64,000 bases of DNA from the human T2T-CHM13v2.0 reference genome, Homo sapiens, in assembly GCF_009914755.1 (NCBI RefSeq), contig NC_060939.1; one strand, written 5' to 3'. Position numbers and translations under genes: made by a program. How positions within the stretch are numbered: the stretch's first letter is position 1; the number at the start of each line of letters is the position of its first letter. Shown piece after piece: positions 22,245 to 34,492 of this stretch. The notes under the pieces were generated by a model. It did no database searches. It was not told the DNA's origin and saw only the letters and a program-made list of their open reading frames with translations.

Positions 22245-25200
22245 GGGTAAGGAGAAAGACTGAAGTGCCAGACCAAAACGGTGAAGTAAAAGCAATATGG
22301 CTTCACTCTCCTACACATAAAAGCCAAAGTAAATATGCAGGGCCAAGATTATCACGAGTGATATTCCAGAACTCAAATCTGAGGCTGAGACCGTCCCTGG
22401 GGCCATAGGAAGTGGAAACGTCTGAGCAGATAGTAAGAGGAAAAGACTTCTCTATCTGTGATGCCCCTCCCTGAATCTCCCAGGCACCATTCATGGGAAA
22501 ATTACACCTATGCTCAGTTTTTACACTGGAAAAAGAGGGATTGAGGCATACAGCCAGCTTCCCCACTATCTTGGTTTCCCTTGCAGGGAAACCATTTCTG
22601 CCTCAACCCACAAGAAGCATCGTGGGTGACTGTAAAGGGAAAAAACCCTTAGGGCAGCTATAAACAAAGAGGAGAGGTGGGACAATACCTTGTATCACAA
22701 AACTGCTCTTTATCTCAGCCAAAGAACACACCAAATCAGAGTGGCTGTTCAGTAACACTATGCTGCAGGAGAGATGCTACATGGATCTTGTGGTCAAAAA
22801 CTTCAAGCTAGGCTTCCCACACAGCTGGGGTATCCCTTTGTGGACATTACCATTTAAGACTTGCAGTGCACTAATGATTTGCTACAGTTAAGGAAACCTG
22901 GGCATAGATACCATCTAATGCTGAAAAGGAAGCAATCTAGGATTATGGGGACTCAAAAGGCAATGACAAAGAAACCCTAAGCAAATATACGCTAGAAAGA
23001 TTTAAACAAGCCAGACAGTGTAGACTGCAATAAATAACTGATTATTCAATGTGAAGCCATAGACACACATCTACAAAAAAACAACAGCTAACAGGGAACC
23101 ATGACTTTCCTAAATGGACAAAGCAAGGAGCCAGTGATGAGATAGCAATGTGTGAGCTCTCACATTAAGATTTCAACGTAGCAGTTTTAAGAAAACTCCA
23201 TTAACTTCCAGAAAATACAGAAAATCAATTCAGGAATTCATCAGAAAACTTTAAAAAGATTGGAATAAAAAAAATTCTAGAACTAAAAAATTTATTAGAT
23301 GTTCTCAAAAGGGGAATGGATCAAGCAGAAGAAAGAATGAGTGAGCTCTAAGACCGCTATTTCAAAACACACAATGAAAGGATAAATGAGAAAAAAAAAG
23401 AATGCAGACTACAGAATGTAGAGAATAATCTTAAAAGAACAAATAAGAGTCACTGGTATTCAAGAGGGAACCAAGAAAGAGTAAGGAGTAGAAAGCGCAT
23501 TCAAGGAAATATTAACCCCAAATTTTCCAAACCTAGAGAAAGAAAGATGTAAACATCCAGGCACAGGGAGGTAAGAGATTACCAAACAGATTCAACCTAA
23601 ATAAGACTACCTCAAGGCGTGTAATAATCAAACTCTCAAAGGTTGAGGACAAAGAGAAGATTCTAAAAGCAGCCAGTGAAAAGCAAGTAACATATAAAGG
23701 AGCTCTGACTTGTCTGACAACAGGCTTCTCAGAGGAAATTATACAGGCCAGGAGGGAGTGGGATGACATATTCAAAAGACTAAGAGAAAAAAAACCTGCC
23801 AAATGAGAATGTGGTAACCAGAAAACCTTTCCTTCAAACATAAAGGGGAGATAAAGTCTTTCCTAGAGAAATAAAAGCTGAGAAAATTCATTACCACTGG
23901 ACCTGTCTTATAAGAAATGCTGAATGGAGTTCTTTACTCCAAAAGAAAAGAATGCTAACCTGAAAAAAGAAATACAAAAATAAAAATAAAAATAATTTTG
24001 AAGGCAAAAAACTCACTGGAAAAAGTGAGTACACAGAAAAATTCACAGTACATGAATACTGTGATTGTGCTGTGTAATCTACTCATGTCTCTAATATGAG
24101 GACTGAAAAACAAATCTACCAAAAGTAACTACAGCAACCTGTTAAGCAATAGGCAATAAATAAAGTTGTCAATTAGGACAAAAATGACAAAATGTGTGTA
24201 TCAGGGGTATAAGGTGTAGACTTCTAAAGTTCTTTCTTTTGTTTATTTCTTTTTATTCATTTGTGATCAAAATAAAATTGTCATCTGTTCAAAATAAGTA
24301 GTACTATTGTTAAGATGGTTTTTGTAAGTCTCGTAGTAAACCACATAGCAAAACCTGTAACAGATACAATGAAAATAAAAAGCAACCAACTAAAACATAA
24401 TACCAGAGAAAATCATTTAACTACAAAGGAAGACAGAAAGACAGACAGAAAGGATTTACAAAACAAACAAAAAAAAGTAACAAAATTGCAGAAGTCTTTA
24501 CCTATTAATAATAACAATGACTATAAATGGGTTAATTTTTCCAATTAAAAAACAGAGTGGATGAATGATTTTAAACTCAAAAGGAACCAACCATATGCTG
24601 CCTACAAAAATAACTTCACCTGTAAAGGAACATAGACTGAAAGTGAAGGGATGGAAAAAGATATTTCATGCTAATGGAAACCATAAAAAGCAACAGTCAT
24701 ATTTATATTCGATTAAATAGACATCAAGTATAAAAGATAAAAAGGCTATTATATAATAATAAAGAAAGCAATTCCACAGAGTGTATAGCAATTATAAATA
24801 TATATGCACCTTACATTGGAGCACCCAAATATATAAAGCAAATATTAATAGATCAAAGTGAAAGGTAGACTGCAATACAATAATAGTAGGGGACTTCAAC
24901 ACCCTACTCTCAGTAAGGGACAGATCAGACAAAAATCAGCAAAGAAACTGAAGTTACACTACACTGTAGACCAAATGGACCTAACCAACATTCACAGAAC
25001 ATTTTACCCAACTGCCATAGAATACACAGTTTTCTGATAAACACATGGAATATTATCCAAGATATATGTTATACCACAAAAAAGTCTACAAATTAAAGAA
25101 GTAGAAATCATATCAAGTATCTTTTTTATTACAATAAAATAAAACTAGAAATCAGTAACAGGGAATTCTGGAAACTATACAAACAGACAAAAACATAACA

Positions 25201-26077
25201 TGCTCTTGAATGATCAATTAAATGAAGAAATTGAGAAGGCAGTTAAATATTTTTTGAAATAAATGAAAATGAAAACATAAGTTGTTAAAAATCTATGGGG
25301 TACACAAATGCTGTAGAGTAAGAGGGAAGCTTATAGGAATAAACATCTACATCGTAGAAGATTTAAAAAAACTAATAATGACCTCAAAAAACTAGAGAAG
25401 AACGAACAAGTCAAACCCAAAATTAGTGAAAAAAATGAAATATCAAATATTGAGCAGGAATAAAAGATACTGAGACTAAAAAAATTACAAAAGATCAACA
25501 AAAAGTTTTTTTTAAAGTAGTTTTAGATAAAATTGGTAAGCCTTTAGCTAGAGTAAGAAAAAAAAGAAGGAAGACCCAAATATATAAAATCAGAAATGAA
25601 AAGGGGGGGTCATAGCAAGTGGTACCACAGAAATACAAAGTATTATTACAGACTGCTATGAACAACTATATGCCAACAAATAGGTAAACCCAGAAGAAAT
25701 GAATAACTTCCTGGGCACATACAACCTGTTAATATTGAACCATGAGGAAACAGAAAACCTGAACAGATCAATAATGAGTGATGATGTTGACGCAGTAATA
25801 AAAAGTCGCCCATCAGAGTAAAGCACAGGACTTAATGTCTTCGTAGCTGAATTCTACCAAGCATTCAAAGAACACAAATTCTACCCAAACTCTTCAAAAA
25901 TCTTTAAGATGAGGAAATACTTCCAAAATTATACAAAGCCATCACTGCTCTGATACCAAAACCAACAAGATATCAGAAAGCAAACTACAAGCCAATATCT
26001 TTAATGAGCATAAATGCAAAAATCCTCAACAAAATACTAGCAAACTGAATGAAACACACATTAAGAAGATCATTCAC

Positions 26078-26373
26078 TTGAGATCAGAACATAAGAAGCT
26101 TGGCTGAAGAATGCTTTTGTTCGTGATACTACACTGCATTTATATTTTGAAACAATAAATCAGGAGAAGTCTTAATTCTTAAGACATTCCTTATTACCAT
26201 GGTATTAGTCCCAGATGACAAAGAACTTGCATTTTAAATATACTTTTATCACCTATTCATGCATTAGAACATAAGCAGAATTACAAGAAATGGTGCCAAA
26301 GCTTCATTCAATTATCTCTTACTAGTATTCATCTTTGGTTTTACGATTAAACATTTCTGTTAATTTTTTTAAT
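26078..26373. other. 296-bp non-L1 insertion inside L1 ORF2
   Basis: L1 sequence stops after atcattcac (26069-26077) and resumes with atcattcac-catgatcaagtgg (from 26374). The intervening sequence has no L1 similarity that I recognise. Confidence 0.8.
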
Positions 26374-28308
26374 ATCATTCACCATGATCAAGTGGAATTA
26401 TCTCTTACTAGTATTCAACATGCAAACTGATCAATATGATACATCATATTAACAGAATGAAAGATAAAATCTATGTAAACATTTCAATAGACGCTGAAAA
26501 ATTCAACAACCTTTTTTTAAAAGAAGAACCCTAAAATACTGGGTATAGAAGGAACATACCTCAAAACAATAAAGGCCATATATGAAAAACCCACAGCTAA
26601 AATCATACTAAATGAATAAACATTGAAAGCATTAGCTTTAAGAACTGAGACAAGACAAGGATGTCCACTTTCATAACTTTTATTCCACATAGTATTGGAA
26701 GTCCTAGCCAAAGAAATTAGACAAGATAAAGAAAAAAGGGCATCCAAATTGGAAAGAAGTCAAATCAACCTTGCCCACAGATGACTTCATTTTATATTTA
26801 GAAAAACCTAAATACTCTACCAAAAATGATTAGAAGTGATAAATGAATTCAGTAATGTTGCAAGATACGAAATCAACATCCAAAACTCAGTAGCATTTCT
26901 ATATGCCAACAGTAAACAACCTGAAAAAGAAGGTAATAAAGTAATCCTATTTATAATAGCTATAAGAAATATCAAAAACATAGGAATAAATTCAATGAAA
27001 GAAATGAAAGATCTTTGCAAGGAAAATTATTAAGAAATAATGAAAGAAATGGAAGAGGAAACAAAAAATAAAAACATATTCCATGCTTATAGATTGGATT
27101 AATATTGTCAAAATGTAAATATTACCTGAAGTAATCTACAGATGTAAAACAATCCCCATTAAAATACAATTGCCATTCTTCACATAAATAGAAAAACAAA
27201 CACACTTTAAAATGTATATGGAACCACAAAAGACCCTGAATAGTCAAAGCAATCCTGAGCTAAAGATCAAAACGAGGGACATCATACTACCAGATTTCAA
27301 AATGTACTTCAAAGCTATAATAACTCAAATAGCGTGGTACTGGCATGTAAATAGAGACATAAACCAATGGAGCAGAATAGAGAACCCAGAAATAAATCCA
27401 TACATTTACAGCCAAATTATTTTAGACAAAGTCACCAACGAAATACATTGGGGAACAGCAGGCTTTTCAATAAATGGTGCTAGGGCAACTGAATATCCAT
27501 ATGTAGAAGGATAAAAATAGACCCCTATCTCTCACTGTATACAAAATTCAGCTCAAAGCAGATTAAAGACTTGGATCTAGGACCTAAAACTATATAACTA
27601 CCAAAAAGAAACATAAAGGAAACACTTCAGGACACTGGCCTGGGCAAAGATATCTTGAGCAGGACTTAAAAGCACAGGAAACAAAAGTAAAACAAGACAG
27701 ATGGGATCACATCAAGTTAAAAAGCTTCTGCACAGCACAAGACATAATCAACTTTGTGAAGAGACATCCTAAAAACTAGGAGAAAATATTTTCAAACTGT
27801 CCACCCAACAAGGGATTAGAATCCAAAATATATAAGAAGTACAATATAATAGCAAAAAAGAAATAACCCTATTAAAAATGAGCAAAAGATCTGAATAGAC
27901 ATTTCTTAAAAGACCTACAAATGACCAACAGGTATATGAAAAAATGCTCAACATCACTAATCACCAGGGAAATGCAAATTAAAACCACAAGCAAATCATC
28001 TCACACACTAAAATGGCTTTTATAAAAAAGAGAAAAAGTAACAATTGCTGATAAGTATGTGGAGAGATACACTTCTACCCTGTGGGTGGGAATGTAAATT
28101 AGTACAGCCACTATAGAAAACAGCATGGGGGTTCCTTACAAAACTTAAAATAGAACTATATGATTATCTAGCCATCCCACTGCTAGGTATATATCCATAA
28201 GAAAGAAAATCAATATATCAAAGAGACATTTGCACTCCCATTTATTATCGTAGCACTGTTCACACTAACCAAGATATGGAATCAACCTAAGTGTCCACCA
28301 ATGAATGA

Positions 28309-28670
<362 letters not shown>

Positions 28671-29260
28671 TCAGCTATTAAAAATACTGAACTCCTGTCA
28701 TTTGCAACAACATAGATGGAACTGAAGGTCATATACGTGAAATAAGCTGAGCACAGAAAGACAGATTCATATGTGGGAACAAATAAAGTGGACCTCATAG
28801 AGGTAGACAGTTGATTGGTAGTAAGCAGAAGCTGGGAACAGTAGACAGGAGAGGGAGATGAAAAGAGGTTGGTCAATGGGTACAAAATTACAGTAAACAG
28901 AAGAAATAAGATCTAGTGTTCCATAGCAGAGTAGGATTGTTACACTTAAAAATAATTTTTGCATAGTTCAAAATATCTGGAGAACAGTTATTTGAACTTC
29001 CCAACATAAAAAGCGGGTGAATATTTGGGGTAATGATGTCCCAATTGCCCGGTTTTATTATTACACTTTGCATGAATGTATCAAAATATCACATATACCC
29101 CCAAAATATGTACAGCAATTATGCATCAATGAAAATGTCACTGTGATTAAATTCCTCAAGAAGGCTGTAATGTCACAAATGTGAAGAAATAATTATTCAC
29201 TAAAAACTTGTAAAATTTTGGGAAAACACAAATATAAATCTCATAAATTAAGAAACAAAG

Positions 29261-29701
29261 TGACATAGTTTGGATATTTGTTCCCCCCCTCAAATCTCAT
29301 GTTGAAATGTAGTATCCAGTCTTGAGGTAGGACCTGGTTGGAGGTTTTTGGATCATAGGAGCAGATCCCTCATGAATGGGTTAGGCCATCCCCTTTGTAA
29401 TAAGTGAGGCTCTTGTTCTGAGTTCATATGATATCTGGTCATTTAAAAGTATGTGGCACCTCCCCTCCCACTTCCTCTCTTGCTCCTGCTTTTGCCATGT
29501 GACATGCCTGCTCTCTGCTTCACCTCTCACCATGAGTGAAAACTTCCTGAGGCTTCACAAGAAGCCAAGCAGATGCCAGGACCATGTTTCCTCTACAGCC
29601 TGCAGAGCTGAGTCGATTAAACCTCTTTTCTTTATAAATTGCCCAGTCTCAGGTAATAGCAAATTATAGTCTTTATAGCAATTCAGGAATGATCTAATAC
29701 A
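29261..29701 (+). mobile_element. MSTA MaLR solo LTR
   Basis: tgacatagtttggatatttg...caaatctcatgttgaaatg...attaaacctcttttctttataaatt...ctaataca, with a perfect 5-bp TSD caaag. Confidence 0.9.
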
Positions 29702-30211
29702 CAAAGTGTACCCCACACCAGATAAACTCAACGAAAACCATGCTCAGATACATCATAATTTAAATCTTAATAACTAAAGGCAAATAAAAAGTCTTGGGAC
29801 CACCCAGAAATGAATGCCACATTACATAGTGGGAAAAAATAATTCAAAAGAGTAAATTTATTATCAGAACTAACAGAGGTCAGAAGATAGGATAAACTAT
29901 TATTTAAGATGTTGACAGACAAAAAAAATCACCCTCACTGCTTAATTCCATATCCTGTAAAAATATTCTTCAGGAAAGAAGGTGAAATACAGATATTCTC
30001 AGATTAAGGAAAATTAAGACACTTTGCTTCCTGCCCTAAAACATACTAAAAGAAGTCCTTTTGATGGAAACAAAATGATACCAGAAGGAAATCTGGAACT
30101 TTGGGGAAGCTGGCAATCCAAGAGAAATTGTAAATATCTGTATAAACAAAATAAACTATTTTCTCTTATTAATTTCCTTCAATGTATTTTTATTTTTAGA
30201 AATCAAAAGAT

Positions 30212-30266
30212 GAAGTTGGTGCAAAAGTAATTGCAGTTTTTTCCCCATTACTTTCAATGGTAAAAA
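30212..30266. mobile_element. Truncated MADE1 (Hsmar1-derived MITE)
   Basis: gttggtgcaaaagtaattgcagttttttccccattactttcaatggtaaaaa is the left TIR, spacer and start of the right TIR. Confidence 0.85.
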
Positions 30267-31152
30267 TCTATAAAAAGCTGGGTAGGTTACATTTAATTTC
30301 TAAAGCAACCAGTAAAAGATAACCAAAAATATATAGTTAAAAATCACAATTGCTAAAATAGAATACTAAAAAATTTTTCAATTAATATAGTATAAAATTG
30401 ATATAAAATAAATCAGGACATGAGGGAGGGAAGTAGGAACTAAATGAGACAAATAGCAAATAATGTAATAGAATCCCTAAATAAAAGATAACAAATGATC
30501 ACATTAAATGTAAATGATCGAATCACACGCAAGTGGGTGTGCATTTCCATCACATTTGTGGACCCCTGGTATTCAACATTCTTTATTACCTAACTAGCCC
30601 ATACCTAATCTTTACGAATCTATTAGATTTTTCTTTCTTTCTTTTTTTTTTTTTTTTTTAGCAGAATTCATCTTACTGTTCTACAGAGGAATTTGGCACA
30701 GGGAAGCAAATGTTCCTGTCCTATCTCTCCTTGAAAGTTCATGTCTTTCTTTAGATTTTGGGTTAGTTGGTCCAATAGCCTCAGTATCAGGATCAGTAAA
30801 ATTAGAAATCTGCAAGTTATCTAGAACTTCTTGTTTGTTGTAGTAGTGGATATTTTGTGTGTGGGAGTGATGCCCTTCCTAGATTTCTACATCCCAAATG
30901 CAAGCCCTATTATGTGAATCAAATATTTGGCAAGCTCAGCCCTAGCTCTTATTCTCCAATTTAATCTAGAACATAACTATTAAAATAATTATATTAATCT
31001 TAAAATAATTCATGTCTACAAATTGAGACATTCTCTGAAGGAAAGAAACTGTTTAACAAAAGATCTTGATTTCTAGGTTAGGTATTGTAAAGTGGGCTGA
31101 GGAAATAATGCTTAGGTAAAGAATGTTTGGATTAAAATTAGTTATGTGCTAA

Positions 31153-31531
31153 TGTAATAGGTCTAACTTCACTTTTTATGTTAAATGGCTAACAACTTTT
31201 AAATCTCACCCCTCTCTCTTCTCCCTGCCCCACAACTGTCAAGCTGATAAGAAATCCTTCGGCACTGGCAAGGGGATTCAAACCATGCAAGCGCCTTGTC
31301 AAAATGCACCAGAGCTCTCACCCAAGCCATACCCCTAACCATACTAGAAACCTCTAGCCATTTTTAGACTTATTTGGGAGGTCTGCACCGCTCTCCTCAG
31401 AAAAGCATCAATTACGTAAGAAATAAACCTTTTAATACCCTCTGGGGGTATGTGTGCGTGATATCATGTCTCAACATCTGAACCAAATTTTCAGTGTGGG
31501 CCCATCCTTGTATTTCAGGGTTGGTGCAACA
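31153..31531 (+). mobile_element. ERVL solo LTR (MER73/MER74-like)
   Basis: TG...CA termini (tgtaatag...gcaaca), AATAAA at about 31422, and a perfect 5-bp TSD gctaa. Confidence 0.75.
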
Positions 31532-31783
31532 GCTAATCTGCACACCGATTTAAGCCTGTATTATTGCCAGGAATTTTGGGATATTTTCAAATATGTCACA
31601 CTATATTTATGCAAATTTTTTGTTTAGGCTATAAACAGGTAGAAATAGTTACATAAAGAAATTGAAATAGCTTTTCACCAGTTCACTCCTATTTTTGGAT
31701 GTTTCTGCTCTGGTGACTAATAGACAGTTCTGGTAAACAATTTAATGCTGTGAGAACTTAAGGACATATGATCATAAACCTGG

Positions 31784-32266
31784 TGTATCAAACCAAGCAT
31801 TAGGAGGAAATAGGTAGGATATTCAAGGTAATATCAGAAGTGTTTAATGGAGGGTATATTAGCAAAGTCACAGGCAAGAGGAAAGGAAAACAAAAGACAG
31901 CTCAGTACTGGGGCAGCAACAGTAACAGCCAGTAATATTCTTTGACCTGAAGGATGAGGGGAAGGACAGTTAGCATAAGATTCATAACAAGAAGGCTTGG
32001 TGGAGAGGATATGAGGCTGAGAGTTTTGATGGGGGTACACAACCAGTTTAAGATGACCATGTAGACAGAAAGCCAAGAGAATGAGTATGTGGATATCACT
32101 CCTCTTTCCCTCTGATCTTCTGCAGGTGACCCTTCTCTTATGACCCTTGACAAAACTCAGCTGAAAGCCAGAAAGCAAAGGAAACTATTACTGCCATGTT
32201 TCCACGGAGATGAGTTAAAATGAATAGAAAGGAGATCTGGAGGTCAAAGGAAACATGGTCAGCACA
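31784..32266 (-). mobile_element. LTR33-like ERVL solo LTR
   Basis: Minus strand starts TGTGCTGACCATGTTTCCTTTGACCTCCAGATC and ends ...CATTAAACACTTC...TTTGATACA, with ctgg on both flanks. Confidence 0.75.
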
Positions 32267-33915
32267 CTGGAGCTTCTTAATGTTCTAAGTAATTTCATGA
32301 ATCTACTTTCAGAATTGTTATTCTTTTCAGTAGAAAGATGTATTCTTTGGTTTTACCATGCATAGAAGTAACAACATCCTTCATGTTTCTGACAACTTTT
32401 GGAAACTTTCCTTTTCTAATTAATTCTTAACACATTCATATGTATTACATATCTTGTGTCCTTAACCGATATTGTGTATGTATGTTTGTTGAGGTTAATC
32501 ATCTCCTCAGTATATGGCACAAAAGACAATAACTCTGAAAGTCATCCCATATCTTAAGATATGATTTTTTCATCAATTTTGAACTATGGGTAGTTGTATC
32601 TATACTACACTAGAAAAGATACGTTGCCTTTAATGTCATCCCATGTCTATAACAAGAGTAACTTCATTGTTTCTGTAATTCTTTTATAATATTGAAATAT
32701 TACTAAGGATATACAGTTGAAATAATCTTGAGCACAGATTTTTCTTTATTAACATTAGTGGAGTATTTTATATTAAAATATTTTTAAATGAACAGGGGCC
32801 AGATGAGAAATTTCTATCCATATGCTATAAATAGAACACGATGGATTGTGTTAATTACTTTGTTTTCAGAAAAAGTGATTCATTTTTACCAAGTACTTAG
32901 ATTTACTTACCTTTCTGGTCTTTCAAATCTTATTCAGACTCTCTTCAGCAGTGAAATCAGTGTCTAATACTCTGATATTATCTTTTGTATAATAGTGTGT
33001 CCTGGCAAAGGAAGGTTCTGGCTAATTGTTAGCAGAGAAATCTTTCATCTTGTCTCATCCATCTCAATGAGCTTGTGCTACAGTGCAAAATATATACTAA
33101 ACAATAGACAATGAAAAGATTACTGGGCTCATTTTCTTAAGAAATCATAAAAATTATAATTTTTGCATTGGTATCAAATAATGCTAAAAACGGATTTTTT
33201 GAAAGGAAAACTTATGAAGTTATATGTTTTTGAAAAGGAAACGAAGTCTGGATAAAGTTATATTTCCTTTTCCCAAATCTAGTTTTTTATCACAGCTACT
33301 AGTATAGGTAGACATTAGGCTGATTAATAAAAATAGCAGCATTAAAATAGATGATGATTGAAAATTAAAATTCTATGAGAATAAGTATCTAATTTCATGA
33401 AATTTACAATCTAAAAGTAAATGAAGGCATGCGTGAGTATTTGGAAGATGGTTTCCGAGTGGTAACAGAGTAATAACAGAATACAACGTCACTTAAAACA
33501 TGACAGCATGTGTTTCAGCAGAGTCACTGCTTTCCTACTGTATACTTTTTTTTTTTTTTTACTAAAAGCTAAACTTAAGTAAAATACTTATTCTTATTAA
33601 TGTAGGCTTTGGGCACTAAATATAAAACCTCTGATGTGGCCAAGAAACCTATACTTAATTATCCATTCACCAGGATAATAGAAAAGTAAATAATTCTGAA
33701 AACTTGTACATGATTTTAAATTTCTAGAAAATAAAGTTGGTGTCCTTTATATAAAAGCTGAGTAGTAATTTTGTAGGTATAAAGTGCATAAAGTTAAAAA
33801 TGGCAATATAAATATGCAAGTGAAAACTGCATTCTATTTTTTAAGCATTCACAACACAATAAATTGAAAATAGTTCAGGTATCAAAAGACATAATGGAAA
33901 TGGGGTAGAAAAAAA

Positions 33916-34491
33916 GACTATGGGTTTGTCATAGATGGCTCTTGCTATTTTGAAGTATGTTCCTGCAATGCCTATTTGGTGAAGGTTTTCATCAGGAAGG
34001 AATAGTGGATTTTGTCAAACAGTTTTTCTGCTTCTATTCAGATGATCATATGGTTTTGTTTTTAATTTTGTGTATGTGGTTAAGTTAATCACAATTATTG
34101 ATTTACATATGTTGAACCAAACTTGCATCCCAGGAATAAAGCCTGCTTGATCATGGTGAATTAACTTTTTGATGTGCAGCTAGATTGAGTTTGATAGTAT
34201 GTTTTTGAGGATTTTTGTGTCTATGTTCATCAGGGATATTGGCCTGTGGTTTTCTTTTTTCATTGTGTCTTTGCCAGATTTCAGTATCTAAATGACACTG
34301 GTTTCACAGAATGAGGTATGGAGAAATCCCTCTTCCTTGACTTCTTTTTTTGGAATAGTTTCAGTAGGAAACTACTGTACGTCTGGTAGAATTCAGCTGT
34401 TAATCCATCAGGTCCAGGACTTTTTTTAGTTGGTGGGTTTTTCATTACTAATTCAATTTTGGAATTCATTATTGAGTTTCATTTTCTTTCT
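33916..34491 (-). mobile_element. Inverted 5' segment of an L1PB (ORF2 fragment)
   Basis: The minus-strand ORF at 34281-34469 encodes ...[19 protein letters not shown]..., a LINE-1 ORF2 motif. Confidence 0.9.
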
Positions 34492-34492
34492 T

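Larger units (their letters stand above)
29134..30530 (+). mobile_element. Ancient L1 ORF1 to ORF2 start, right part (continuation of 20740-22244)
   Basis: tgaagaaataat...gatacatcataatt...aaaatattcttcagg...gaaggtgaaatacagatattctcagat...cacattaaatgtaaatga. Interrupted by MSTA and MADE1. Confidence 0.65.

Noticed and set aside
26078-26373. Orphan insert as a snoRNA retrocopy (ACATTT near its right end)
   Set aside because: No clear H box with two hairpins, no C/D pair, and no poly(A) in the correct orientation. Kept only as an unexplained insertion.
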